From assembly GCA_014685065.1 (NCBI GenBank), contig GCA_014685065.1_4092.1: DNA of 64,000 nucleotides; one strand, written 5' to 3'. Both the position numbers and the translations under genes were made by a program. Numbering within the stretch: the stretch's first letter is position 1; each line of letters starts with the position of its first letter. Shown in pieces: positions 1-7,771 of the stretch. Under the pieces are notes generated by a model. It ran no database searches and was not told the DNA's origin. It saw only the letters and a list, made by a program, of their open reading frames with translations. This DNA comes from a phage.

Positions 1-753
1 ACAATTGACCAACATGACGTTCCACAAGAAGGTCAAGAAGGTGGTTCTAGTGAACAACAAAAACGCGATTATATGGATGATTTCAAAACAGCAATGATGA
101 ATGCTGCACGTGCAGGTGGTACACCAGCAGAAATCGCTCGTATGATTAACAACTTCAAAGAACCAAAGATTGACTGGCGTTCAAAACTTCAACGTACTCT
201 TCGTAGTTGGTTGAAGTCTGATGCAACTTATCAAAATCCAAATCGCCGTTCATGGGGTGCTGGTTTTGGTTCTAATGGTTCATTCTATGGTAATCCAATT
301 TACCCAGGGATGAAACCAGATGATGATATTGATATTGCGATTGCACTAGATGCTTCTGGGTCTATTTCTGAAGATATGCTTCGTGATTTCATTAGTGAAG
401 TTCTTGGCATCACTAAACAATTCAAACAGTTTAAGATTCGTATCATGACTTTTGATACTGAAGTTTATACTGTAAAGGATTACAAAACTGGCGAAGAACG
501 TAAGATTCTGGAATATCCAGTAAAAGGTGGTGGTGGTACTGACTTTGAAGCAGTATGGGTTCATATGAAGAACGACAACTACAAGCCTAAACAGCTTGTA
601 ATGTTTACTGATGGTGAACCGTGGCAGTCATGGGGTGATCCAAACTACTGTAAAACATTGTTCGTGATTCACAGTAACCCAAATAAAGTTGCACCATTTG
701 GTGAGACTGTACACTACGAATATGAAGCTGATAAAAAGCGTCAACGTAGTTAA
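1..753 (+). CDS. von Willebrand factor A (VWA) domain protein, 5' partial
   Basis: Reading frame is open to the window start (no in-frame stop upstream of the ATG at 73); MIDAS-like DxSxS motif (IALDASGSISEDM); intrinsic terminator follows. Confidence 0.6.
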   Translation, partial: TIDQHDVPQEGQEGGSSEQQKRDYMDDFKTAMMNAARAGGTPAEIARMINNFKEPKIDWRSKLQRTLRSWLKSDATYQNPNRRSWGAGFGSNGSFYGNPIYPGMKPDDDIDIAIALDASGSISEDMLRDFISEVLGITKQFKQFKIRIMTFDTEVYTVKDYKTGEERKILEYPVKGGGGTDFEAVWVHMKNDNYKPKQLVMFTDGEPWQSWGDPNYCKTLFVIHSNPNKVAPFGETVHYEYEADKKRQRS

Positions 754-765
754 GTACTAAATAAT

Positions 766-796
766 GAGAACGGAATTTTCCGTTCTCTTCTTTTAT
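766..796 (+). terminator. intrinsic terminator
   Basis: Perfect 8-bp stem GAGAACGG/CCGTTCTC with 6-nt loop followed by TTCTTTTAT. Confidence 0.6.
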
Positions 797-800
797 AAGT

Positions 801-828
801 GGGACAACTTATAAAAATATGATATAAT
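801..828 (+). promoter_or_regulatory. sigma70-type early promoter (GGGACA, 16 nt, TGaTATAAT)
   Basis: -35-like GGGACA 801-806, 16-nt spacer, extended -10 TGATATAAT ending at 828; same architecture recurs at 23342, 46315, 52039. Confidence 0.55.
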
Positions 829-862
829 AGTTAATGTACCAATATACATGGAGAGTATTAAA

Positions 863-1108
863 ATGGAACAAGAAAATAATCAAATTCAACTAACCCTTCT
901 AGACCTAATCAATGCTGCAAAAATCATGGAAGCTGCTGTTGCACGAAACACCTTTAAAGTTGAAGAACTCGTTGAGGTTGCTCCAGTTGTATCTAAATTT
1001 GTTTCTTTTGCAAATGTAGCTCTTGAAGATATTAAAGCACAAGAAGATGCAGCTAAAGAAGAAGCTGAATCACAAGATAGTGAAACTCAAGAAGATAAAG
1101 GAGAATAA
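863..1108 (+). CDS. hypothetical small acidic protein
   Basis: ORF-track frame 848-1108; the ATG at 863 is preferred because GGAGAG sits 7 nt upstream of it, while the ATG at 848 lies inside that RBS. Confidence 0.5.
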   Translation: MEQENNQIQLTLLDLINAAKIMEAAVARNTFKVEELVEVAPVVSKFVSFANVALEDIKAQEDAAKEEAESQDSETQEDKGE

Positions 1109-1110
1109 TT

Positions 1111-1767
1111 ATGGCAGCTATTCGTCATGTTGGTGTAATGCGTAATACAGGTTCTCGTGTTTTTGTTGTTTGGCGTTCACTACCAGATGATCCTGAACAC
1201 TGCCTTATTGTTTATCGTGATTCACTACCAGAAGCATATGTTCACGCAGTAACTGATATTGTTATGGGTCATGGTCAATCTAATATTGATTTGTGGGAAG
1301 TAATGCATAAAATTGGTTATCTCGATGGACGCAAAATGCTAGATGTTCTACACAATATGCAGCATCTACGTCGCGTTCGTACTTGTGACATTGATATGCA
1401 CACTGGTGGTAATAATAAAATTTCTCTTGATGTTCTAAACAAAGCATTAGATGAAAATCAAGCAAAAGTACAAGAAGATGGTAAAGTAAAAGACTTTAAC
1501 CCATTCAATCCACAAGAAGCGGACACTAAAGTAGAAGAAGCTACTATTGTAGAACAACTTCTCACTGATGCACAAAAATATGAAAAACTGGCTAAAGAAC
1601 ATTATGAACGTGCATATAATTTAGAGCCAAGTTTGCGTCCACAAACACAAGTTGTTGAACAACCGAAAGATAGTAAAACAATTTATCTAGAAATTCCAGA
1701 AGGTATTTCACAGACTAAAGCTATTGAGAAAGTAAAACAACTATTTGCAGAACGTAAAGCAAAATAA
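1111..1767 (+). CDS. hypothetical protein
   Basis: 218-aa ORF with AGGAG RBS upstream (aaaggagaataatt ATG); no family recognised. Confidence 0.5.
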   Translation: MAAIRHVGVMRNTGSRVFVVWRSLPDDPEHCLIVYRDSLPEAYVHAVTDIVMGHGQSNIDLWEVMHKIGYLDGRKMLDVLHNMQHLRRVRTCDIDMHTGGNNKISLDVLNKALDENQAKVQEDGKVKDFNPFNPQEADTKVEEATIVEQLLTDAQKYEKLAKEHYERAYNLEPSLRPQTQVVEQPKDSKTIYLEIPEGISQTKAIEKVKQLFAERKAK

Positions 1768-1770
1768 AAT

Positions 1771-2364
1771 ATGAAAAAGAATGAATTAGATGAAGCAATA
1801 AAAGGTTTATCTAATGTATGTTTTAGTGGCGGGGCAGCAGGTGCTGACCGCCTTTTTTCTATCTATGCAAAAAATAATGGATTTGAAGTTATTAATTTTT
1901 CATTCAAAGGTCATGAGCATAGTGTAGATGAAAGTACTATATTAGAAATACCATCCAATATTCTATCTGATATTTCTATATTAAATCAACTAAACATTGC
2001 ATGTTACTCGTTACAGCGAAAAGTACCGAAGCCTGGTTCTTATGTTTACAACTTACTTGCAAGGAATAGTTATCAGATACTTAATACAGAAAGAATATAT
2101 TGTATTGCAAATATCACATCACCAACTAAGGTAAGTGGTGGTACTGCATGGGCAGTACAGATGTATATGGATTCAGTTGAAAATCCTGAAATTTATTGTT
2201 ATGATATGAATTCACGTTCAGTATTTTATTTCGATACAGTACTGAAAGAGTTCACACAAACATTCGTCGTTCCAGCACCACATGGTAACTGGACTGGTAT
2301 TGGTTCACGCAATGCCACCGAAAAACATATGGAACATTTTATTACATTTTTCAAGGAAGAATAA
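1771..2364 (+). CDS. hypothetical protein with glycine-rich Rossmann-like motif (possible SLOG/DprA/LOG-like nucleotide-binding fold)
   Basis: FSGGAAGADRLF glycine-rich motif near the N-terminus and a second SGGTAWAVQ motif; immediately upstream of thymidylate synthase, overlapping its start by 1 nt. Confidence 0.4.
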   Translation: MKKNELDEAIKGLSNVCFSGGAAGADRLFSIYAKNNGFEVINFSFKGHEHSVDESTILEIPSNILSDISILNQLNIACYSLQRKVPKPGSYVYNLLARNSYQILNTERIYCIANITSPTKVSGGTAWAVQMYMDSVENPEIYCYDMNSRSVFYFDTVLKEFTQTFVVPAPHGNWTGIGSRNATEKHMEHFITFFKEE

Positions 2365-3293
2365 TGAAACAACTACAAGAACTATATCAAAAAATTCTAG
2401 ATGAAGGCGTAGAAAGCGTTGACCGTACTGGTGTTGGGACAATCAAACTTATCGGTCAACAAATGCGTTTCGACCTTAACGATGGTTTCCCAGCAGTGAC
2501 GACAAAACGTCTAGCTTGGAAAGCAATGACTTCAGAATTACTATGGTTTATTGAAGGTTCCCATGATGAGCGTCGCCTTTGTGAAATTTTGCATGGAACT
2601 CGTGATACCGAAAAGAAAACAATTTGGACAGATAATTACCTAAATCAAGGCGTTGCTCTTGGTTATACTGGTGGTGAATTGGGTCCAGTGTATGGTAAGC
2701 AATGGCGTGAATGGGAAGATTATAAATTTAGTTCCAGTACTGAAGAAATTCAAGAATTAAAAGATAAAGGATACAAAGTTATCGATTATACTGGTTCACA
2801 TGGTGTTGTTATGAAACGTACAACTGACCAATTACAAGAACTAATCAAAGGTATAAAGTCCGATCCATATGGTCGTCGCCACATTCTAAGTGCATGGAAC
2901 GTTGGTGAGCTTGATGATATGACGTTGCCACCTTGTCATAGCTTTGTGCAATTTTGTGTAGTACAAGGGAAACTAAGCTGCATTCTACATCAAAGATCCG
3001 CTGATCTATTTTTGGGAGTTCCATTTAATATCAGTAGTTATTCACTACTAACTCATATGATTGCACAAATTACTGGTTTAGATGTTGGTGAATTTATTTG
3101 GAATGGTGGTGATTGTCACATTTATAAAAACCACGTTGAACAAGTAAAAGAACAACTACAGCGAAAACCTCGTGAATTACCTGAATTGTGGCTTGATCCT
3201 ACAATTACTAATATTGAAGATTTCACAATGGATTCTTTCAAATTAGTGAATTACAACCCAATGCCTACAATTAAAGCACCGATGGCTGTATAA
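2364..3293 (+). CDS. thyA: thymidylate synthase (ThyA type)
   Basis: Full-length match to ThyA hallmarks: RTGVGT, WFIEGS, active-site PPCHSFVQF, HQRSADLFLGVPFNISSYSLLTHMIAQ. Confidence 0.9.
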   Translation: MKQLQELYQKILDEGVESVDRTGVGTIKLIGQQMRFDLNDGFPAVTTKRLAWKAMTSELLWFIEGSHDERRLCEILHGTRDTEKKTIWTDNYLNQGVALGYTGGELGPVYGKQWREWEDYKFSSSTEEIQELKDKGYKVIDYTGSHGVVMKRTTDQLQELIKGIKSDPYGRRHILSAWNVGELDDMTLPPCHSFVQFCVVQGKLSCILHQRSADLFLGVPFNISSYSLLTHMIAQITGLDVGEFIWNGGDCHIYKNHVEQVKEQLQRKPRELPELWLDPTITNIEDFTMDSFKLVNYNPMPTIKAPMAV

Positions 3294-3300
3294 ACGAAAA

Positions 3301-3327
3301 GGGAGAACTAATGTTCTCCCTTTTTTT
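3301..3327. terminator. bidirectional intrinsic terminator
   Basis: GGGAGAAC-TAAT-GTTCTCCC hairpin followed by TTTTTTT; sits between convergent genes. Confidence 0.7.
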
Positions 3328-3328
3328 A

Positions 3329-5293
3329 TTATCTAATTGTTACCAATGTTCTTCCGTCGAAACGTACATCAGGAGTTGAAGGTATACTAAACACTACGTT
3401 AGTGCCGTTAAACGTAACGCTATCGACCTCAACACGAGTATAGACACCAGGACTAACCTGTTCCTGTATCTCTGCTGTGACGATGTTTGAGGCTGTTACA
3501 GTAAGGGTGTAGTAGTTACCACTTAATACCCAAGATGAAATGGTAAAAGCATCGGTTCTCACTGAACCTGAACCAATCGGAACCCATTGACCTTGAACTT
3601 TTTGCATTGAAGTACGCTCGGTATTTGAGTATGCAATCATACCATCAACGCCAACAGAGTTATCAATAGTTGCTAGTACTGGTAATTGGATACCATATCT
3701 ATTAAAACGTGTTCTTATAGTTCCATTATCATAGATACTTACATCAGCATAATTACCCATTGATAGTTTTAAATCAGAACTAACTAATTGGATTGTACTT
3801 TGATTAGTAGTACTTTCTAATGTAATTATACCATTAGCTAATAGATTTATATTTTTAAATTTATTAGTTGTTCCATTGAAATTAGTGTTTGCTGTAAACG
3901 TACTAACTCCATTAACTGTAATTGTATCTGATGCAGCATCGCCTAATATGGTATTACCTTGAATGTTCAAATTACCACTAGCAGTGATATTACTAGCTGA
4001 TGTATCACCAGTCAATGTGCTTGTACCATCAACCACAATATTACCATGAAACGCACTTTCACCATTTTTAAATTCAACTTGTACTTTATTCATTGAACTA
4101 AATGAAATAATATTACTACTAGCACTTAGTCCAACATTAGTATTGGTTGCATTATCAAATCTTAGTACTGGGGTTGATGCTGGGGTTGAAGTTGTTTGGT
4201 ATAATGTTAATGTTGAATTATTAATTCTAATACGTTCAGTTCCCGCAGTACTGAAACCAATTGCATCATCTGCTGGATGAAACATACCAGTATTAGCGTC
4301 TGACCATTTTGCAGGATCATTACCTGGGTTATTGGTTGGATCAAATGGATTGTTATTAAATGTCAATGCTGGTGCTGCTGCACTACCATACACCACACCA
4401 AAACGCCCTGAGCCGCTTGTTCCATCATTATACATGGAATCACCAGTTCTACGTAAACATTCAATCACAACGTTATCTATGGATGTTTGTACGGTTCCTG
4501 CGTTCGTTCTAAATTGACGATGGTTTGCAATCATTACTGTATTGTCATATAATACAGAAGCAGCAGAAATGCTTGTTCTTGACTGGCGTAGACGTATGTT
4601 TTTATCTTCAGTTATAATGATCCAATCACCATCTGATAGTGCGGTTTGGTTCATTGGAACGCCTGAAGCAAATGGTTTGGTTAAGTCAGCATCTGTTGCT
4701 AAATTTTTAAGACCATCATGACCAGTACTAGGAATAGATGCAGTAATAATTCTTGCAAAAGCGTATGTTACAAGTTTAGCACCAGATATATTTGGATTGG
4801 AGTCAACATAATATAAAATTTCAATCCAATTACCTTGACCAGTTGGGTTCGTAGGTGTAAATGTAACCGGACTTGTTTGTGGGTTATTTGCTTCAAAGTG
4901 TGCTTGTGCTGCATCCATAATACCACGAACAACATAATAATCACCATTTAGTGATGCTGCTGGTGCTGGTAGTGGCGTTTGTGCTAAAGGTGGGTCAATA
5001 TCATCTGGAATAGGATTATATGTACCAACAAACTGCAAACCACTAGTTACTGAATCTGGTAATTGGGAAGTAAGAAGTTTACCATTTGCATCTAAGTTTG
5101 CAAAGCGGCGATATGCCATAGTACCATCTTCAAAATCCAGAACACCTTCAAATGATTTCCATTCCTTATTGTATCTAATCATCCCTGATCTTATTACATC
5201 AGCGGTTTCTTTTGATGGTGCTTTCGGTAACTCTAAAAAAGATTTACTATCAATAATTACACCACCATCACCTCTAATTCGATTTATACTCAT
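3329..5293 (-). CDS. tail fibre protein
   Basis: 654 aa, T/S/G/N-rich beta-rich composition typical of phage fibres; lies in a cluster of fibre genes. Confidence 0.55.
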   Translation of the reverse strand: MSINRIRGDGGVIIDSKSFLELPKAPSKETADVIRSGMIRYNKEWKSFEGVLDFEDGTMAYRRFANLDANGKLLTSQLPDSVTSGLQFVGTYNPIPDDIDPPLAQTPLPAPAASLNGDYYVVRGIMDAAQAHFEANNPQTSPVTFTPTNPTGQGNWIEILYYVDSNPNISGAKLVTYAFARIITASIPSTGHDGLKNLATDADLTKPFASGVPMNQTALSDGDWIIITEDKNIRLRQSRTSISAASVLYDNTVMIANHRQFRTNAGTVQTSIDNVVIECLRRTGDSMYNDGTSGSGRFGVVYGSAAAPALTFNNNPFDPTNNPGNDPAKWSDANTGMFHPADDAIGFSTAGTERIRINNSTLTLYQTTSTPASTPVLRFDNATNTNVGLSASSNIISFSSMNKVQVEFKNGESAFHGNIVVDGTSTLTGDTSASNITASGNLNIQGNTILGDAASDTITVNGVSTFTANTNFNGTTNKFKNINLLANGIITLESTTNQSTIQLVSSDLKLSMGNYADVSIYDNGTIRTRFNRYGIQLPVLATIDNSVGVDGMIAYSNTERTSMQKVQGQWVPIGSGSVRTDAFTISSWVLSGNYYTLTVTASNIVTAEIQEQVSPGVYTRVEVDSVTFNGTNVVFSIPSTPDVRFDGRTLVTIR

Positions 5294-5340
5294 TTAAATA
5301 TTTCCTCAGAATAGATTTATATGATGTATTTATTTTAGTT

Positions 5341-5371
5341 AAAAGAAAAGGCCAAGCATAGACTTGACCTT
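5341..5371 (-). terminator. intrinsic terminator (minus strand)
   Basis: 9-bp stem with one G-U pair (AAGGCCAAG/CTTGACCTT on plus) with T-run on the minus strand; near-identical copy at 6888-6920. Confidence 0.45.
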
Positions 5372-5380
5372 AATATGTTA

Positions 5381-6871
5381 TTAAACTACAGAAACCCCAC
5401 TCATTGAAGGTGGAACGATTTGCTCAGCAATTAATAATAAATTAGTGACTGTAAACTTGCCACCATGTGACATTAACGTAATAGGTGTTCCATTAGTTAC
5501 TAGGTTACCATTTTCATCAACACTTAAAAATGTATTAAATGAAATAGTATCAACTGTGATTGTTGGTGTTCTAACTTGGTTAATATTATTAAATTGAGTA
5601 TTTGTAAAATTAATAGCAAAACTCATATTAGATGAACTAGTAGTCCATGTACCGTATATATTTAATTTGAAATTTAGAGATGAATTGAAATTATAAACAT
5701 TTAGCTTATTACTTGTTGTATTGAAGAAACTATCTAGTGTTCCACTAGTGGGGGTCAATGATTTAAGTATTTGAATTAAATTCTGTTCAATACCATCTGT
5801 GAATTGTATATTTAAGTTTGAATAATATAATTCTCTTTTTCTACGAACTAGGTTAGTAGTATTATTACCATTAACAAATAATCCAGAACTATCTGATGTT
5901 AATATATTACCAGAGGTATTACTTATTTTAGACGAAATAACATTACTGTCAATAGTTATACCATTTCCAGCAGTATATGAGGATGGTCCAGTCGGTACAT
6001 ATAACCCATTTACGTCAGTTGTTAAAGTATTTCCTGGTGTTGTGCTTATTTTGGTTGAAATTGTTTCTGAACTAATTGATATACCAGTACCACCAACGTA
6101 ATTTATTCTTGTATTAGGCACAAACAATCCAGTACTGTCAGTAGATAGTATATTACCAGAAGTAGAACTAATTTTAGCACTTATTATATCAGAATTAATT
6201 GAAATTCCGTTACCAGCATTATAAGTTACAGTATTGTTAGGAACAAATAAACCATTGCTAGTAGAAGATAATATATTTTCTGGCGTAGGGTCAACCTCAA
6301 CACTAATCACTTCATCACTAATTACAATCCCATTACCCGCATTGTACGTTATCGAATTATCAGGTACGAATAGACCCGTACTATCAGTTGTAAGGATATT
6401 TCCTAAAGATGTGCTTACTTTTGATGATATAATATTATTATCTATTTTAATACTGTCACTACCTGTATATGTTACTGTATTATCAGGTACATATAAACCA
6501 TCTTCGGCAATAGTAAGGATGTTATTAGGTGATGTACTTATTTTAGTTGAGATAGTATTATCACTTATTGTCACACCAGTGCCACCAGAATACACAATTG
6601 ATGTATTAGGAACATATAAACCATTAGAATCATTACTAAGAATATTTCCTTGTGTTGAACTGATTTTTGTTGATATTAAATTAGAGGTTATTGATATACC
6701 AGTACCACCTTGATAGTTAATAGTGTTATCTGGAACATATAAACCATCACTTTCATGAATTAAAATATTTTTATTTTTAGAACTAATATCAGGTACTGGA
6801 ATCTTACCTATTAGAACACCGTCATAACTGATATCACCATTTACAATAATATCTGTTCTTATATTATACAT
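5381..6871 (-). CDS. tail fibre protein with tandem ~30-aa repeats
   Basis: At least 9 tandem repeats of the pattern NILSxDSxGL(F/Y)VPxNxxxYxxGxGIxIxxxxISxKIS. Confidence 0.6.
   Translation of the reverse strand: MYNIRTDIIVNGDISYDGVLIGKIPVPDISSKNKNILIHESDGLYVPDNTINYQGGTGISITSNLISTKISSTQGNILSNDSNGLYVPNTSIVYSGGTGVTISDNTISTKISTSPNNILTIAEDGLYVPDNTVTYTGSDSIKIDNNIISSKVSTSLGNILTTDSTGLFVPDNSITYNAGNGIVISDEVISVEVDPTPENILSSTSNGLFVPNNTVTYNAGNGISINSDIISAKISSTSGNILSTDSTGLFVPNTRINYVGGTGISISSETISTKISTTPGNTLTTDVNGLYVPTGPSSYTAGNGITIDSNVISSKISNTSGNILTSDSSGLFVNGNNTTNLVRRKRELYYSNLNIQFTDGIEQNLIQILKSLTPTSGTLDSFFNTTSNKLNVYNFNSSLNFKLNIYGTWTTSSSNMSFAINFTNTQFNNINQVRTPTITVDTISFNTFLSVDENGNLVTNGTPITLMSHGGKFTVTNLLLIAEQIVPPSMSGVSVV
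5560..6780 (-). repeat. in-frame tandem repeat array (~90 bp unit) inside the fibre gene
   Basis: Periodic protein repeats map to this DNA span; the boundaries are approximate. Confidence 0.5.
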
Positions 6872-6887
6872 ATATTTTCCTTATATT

Positions 6888-6920
6888 GAAACAAATAAAG
6901 GCCAACCATAGTTGACCTTT
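6888..6920 (-). terminator. intrinsic terminator (minus strand), paralogous to 5341-5371
   Basis: AAAGGCCAAC-CATA-GTTGACCTTT hairpin with T-rich tract on the minus strand. Confidence 0.45.
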
Positions 6921-6928
6921 ATTATTAA

Positions 6929-7708
6929 TTAACGTATACGTTCAGGAATATCAATACCTTCATATACCCAAGTTGCAGCTTGTTGTGCTTTATAAATTGC
7001 ATCAGGATCTAAATCATTAACTGCATCAATTGCAGCACACTGACGATCACATTCAGCAAACAACTGTTCTACCATCGCAAATGCTTCAGTATATAGTTGT
7101 GTCATTTCAGCAGCAGATAGTTTAACTATTGCATCATCGAGAAATATAGAGACAGTTTCAGCACCAGAAGTTACTTGAGTATAATAATTAAGTAACATTT
7201 GACGACCAGCTAGATCAGTACTATAACGTTGTCCTTTAAACAAATAACCACGATTAATACGTTCACCACGTTCTGCTACAGTTCTGGATTTTAAATCATA
7301 TTTCACATCAGTGATATTCATATCAACGTAATGGTATGTTTTCAGTACTGTTAATGCTTTATACTCTGATGTAGCTTCTTCAATAAATTCAACAACTGGT
7401 TGATTATCATCTTTTAACTTAATAAACTCCAATGGTTGTTCAATAGCATTAACATTGCCAATATTTTTATACACTAACCACCAAAAACCTTCTTCTTTTC
7501 TAACAGCATCATTAGGTTCCACTGGAGAACCATCTTTACTTGAAATACCATAAAGAGTTCTAATATCACTATAAAGATAACGATAGGTTTGTGGATCTTC
7601 TGGTGTAGCACCTGGACGTTCTTTCAATCCTTTTACACCAATTGGGTTAGAAATAATGCTACCCAATTCATAATTTTCTTTTGAATTTCCTTTCACATAT
7701 GTGAACAT
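6929..7708 (-). CDS. hypothetical protein, possibly a tail fibre assembly/chaperone protein
   Basis: 259-aa non-repetitive protein wedged between fibre genes; the role is inferred from position only. Confidence 0.3.
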   Translation of the reverse strand: MFTYVKGNSKENYELGSIISNPIGVKGLKERPGATPEDPQTYRYLYSDIRTLYGISSKDGSPVEPNDAVRKEEGFWWLVYKNIGNVNAIEQPLEFIKLKDDNQPVVEFIEEATSEYKALTVLKTYHYVDMNITDVKYDLKSRTVAERGERINRGYLFKGQRYSTDLAGRQMLLNYYTQVTSGAETVSIFLDDAIVKLSAAEMTQLYTEAFAMVEQLFAECDRQCAAIDAVNDLDPDAIYKAQQAATWVYEGIDIPERIR

Positions 7709-7771
7709 ATAACTACCTCACTTGTTATGATGGTGTCACCCAAAAGAGTGACACCTTTATTATTATAATTA

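Noticed and set aside
7732-7755. Perfect hairpin GGTGTCAC-8 nt-GTGACACC as a minus-strand terminator
   Set aside because: The T-rich tract follows it on the plus strand, not the minus strand where the flanking genes are; more likely an RNA stability element or a plus-strand antisense terminator, so not listed as a feature.
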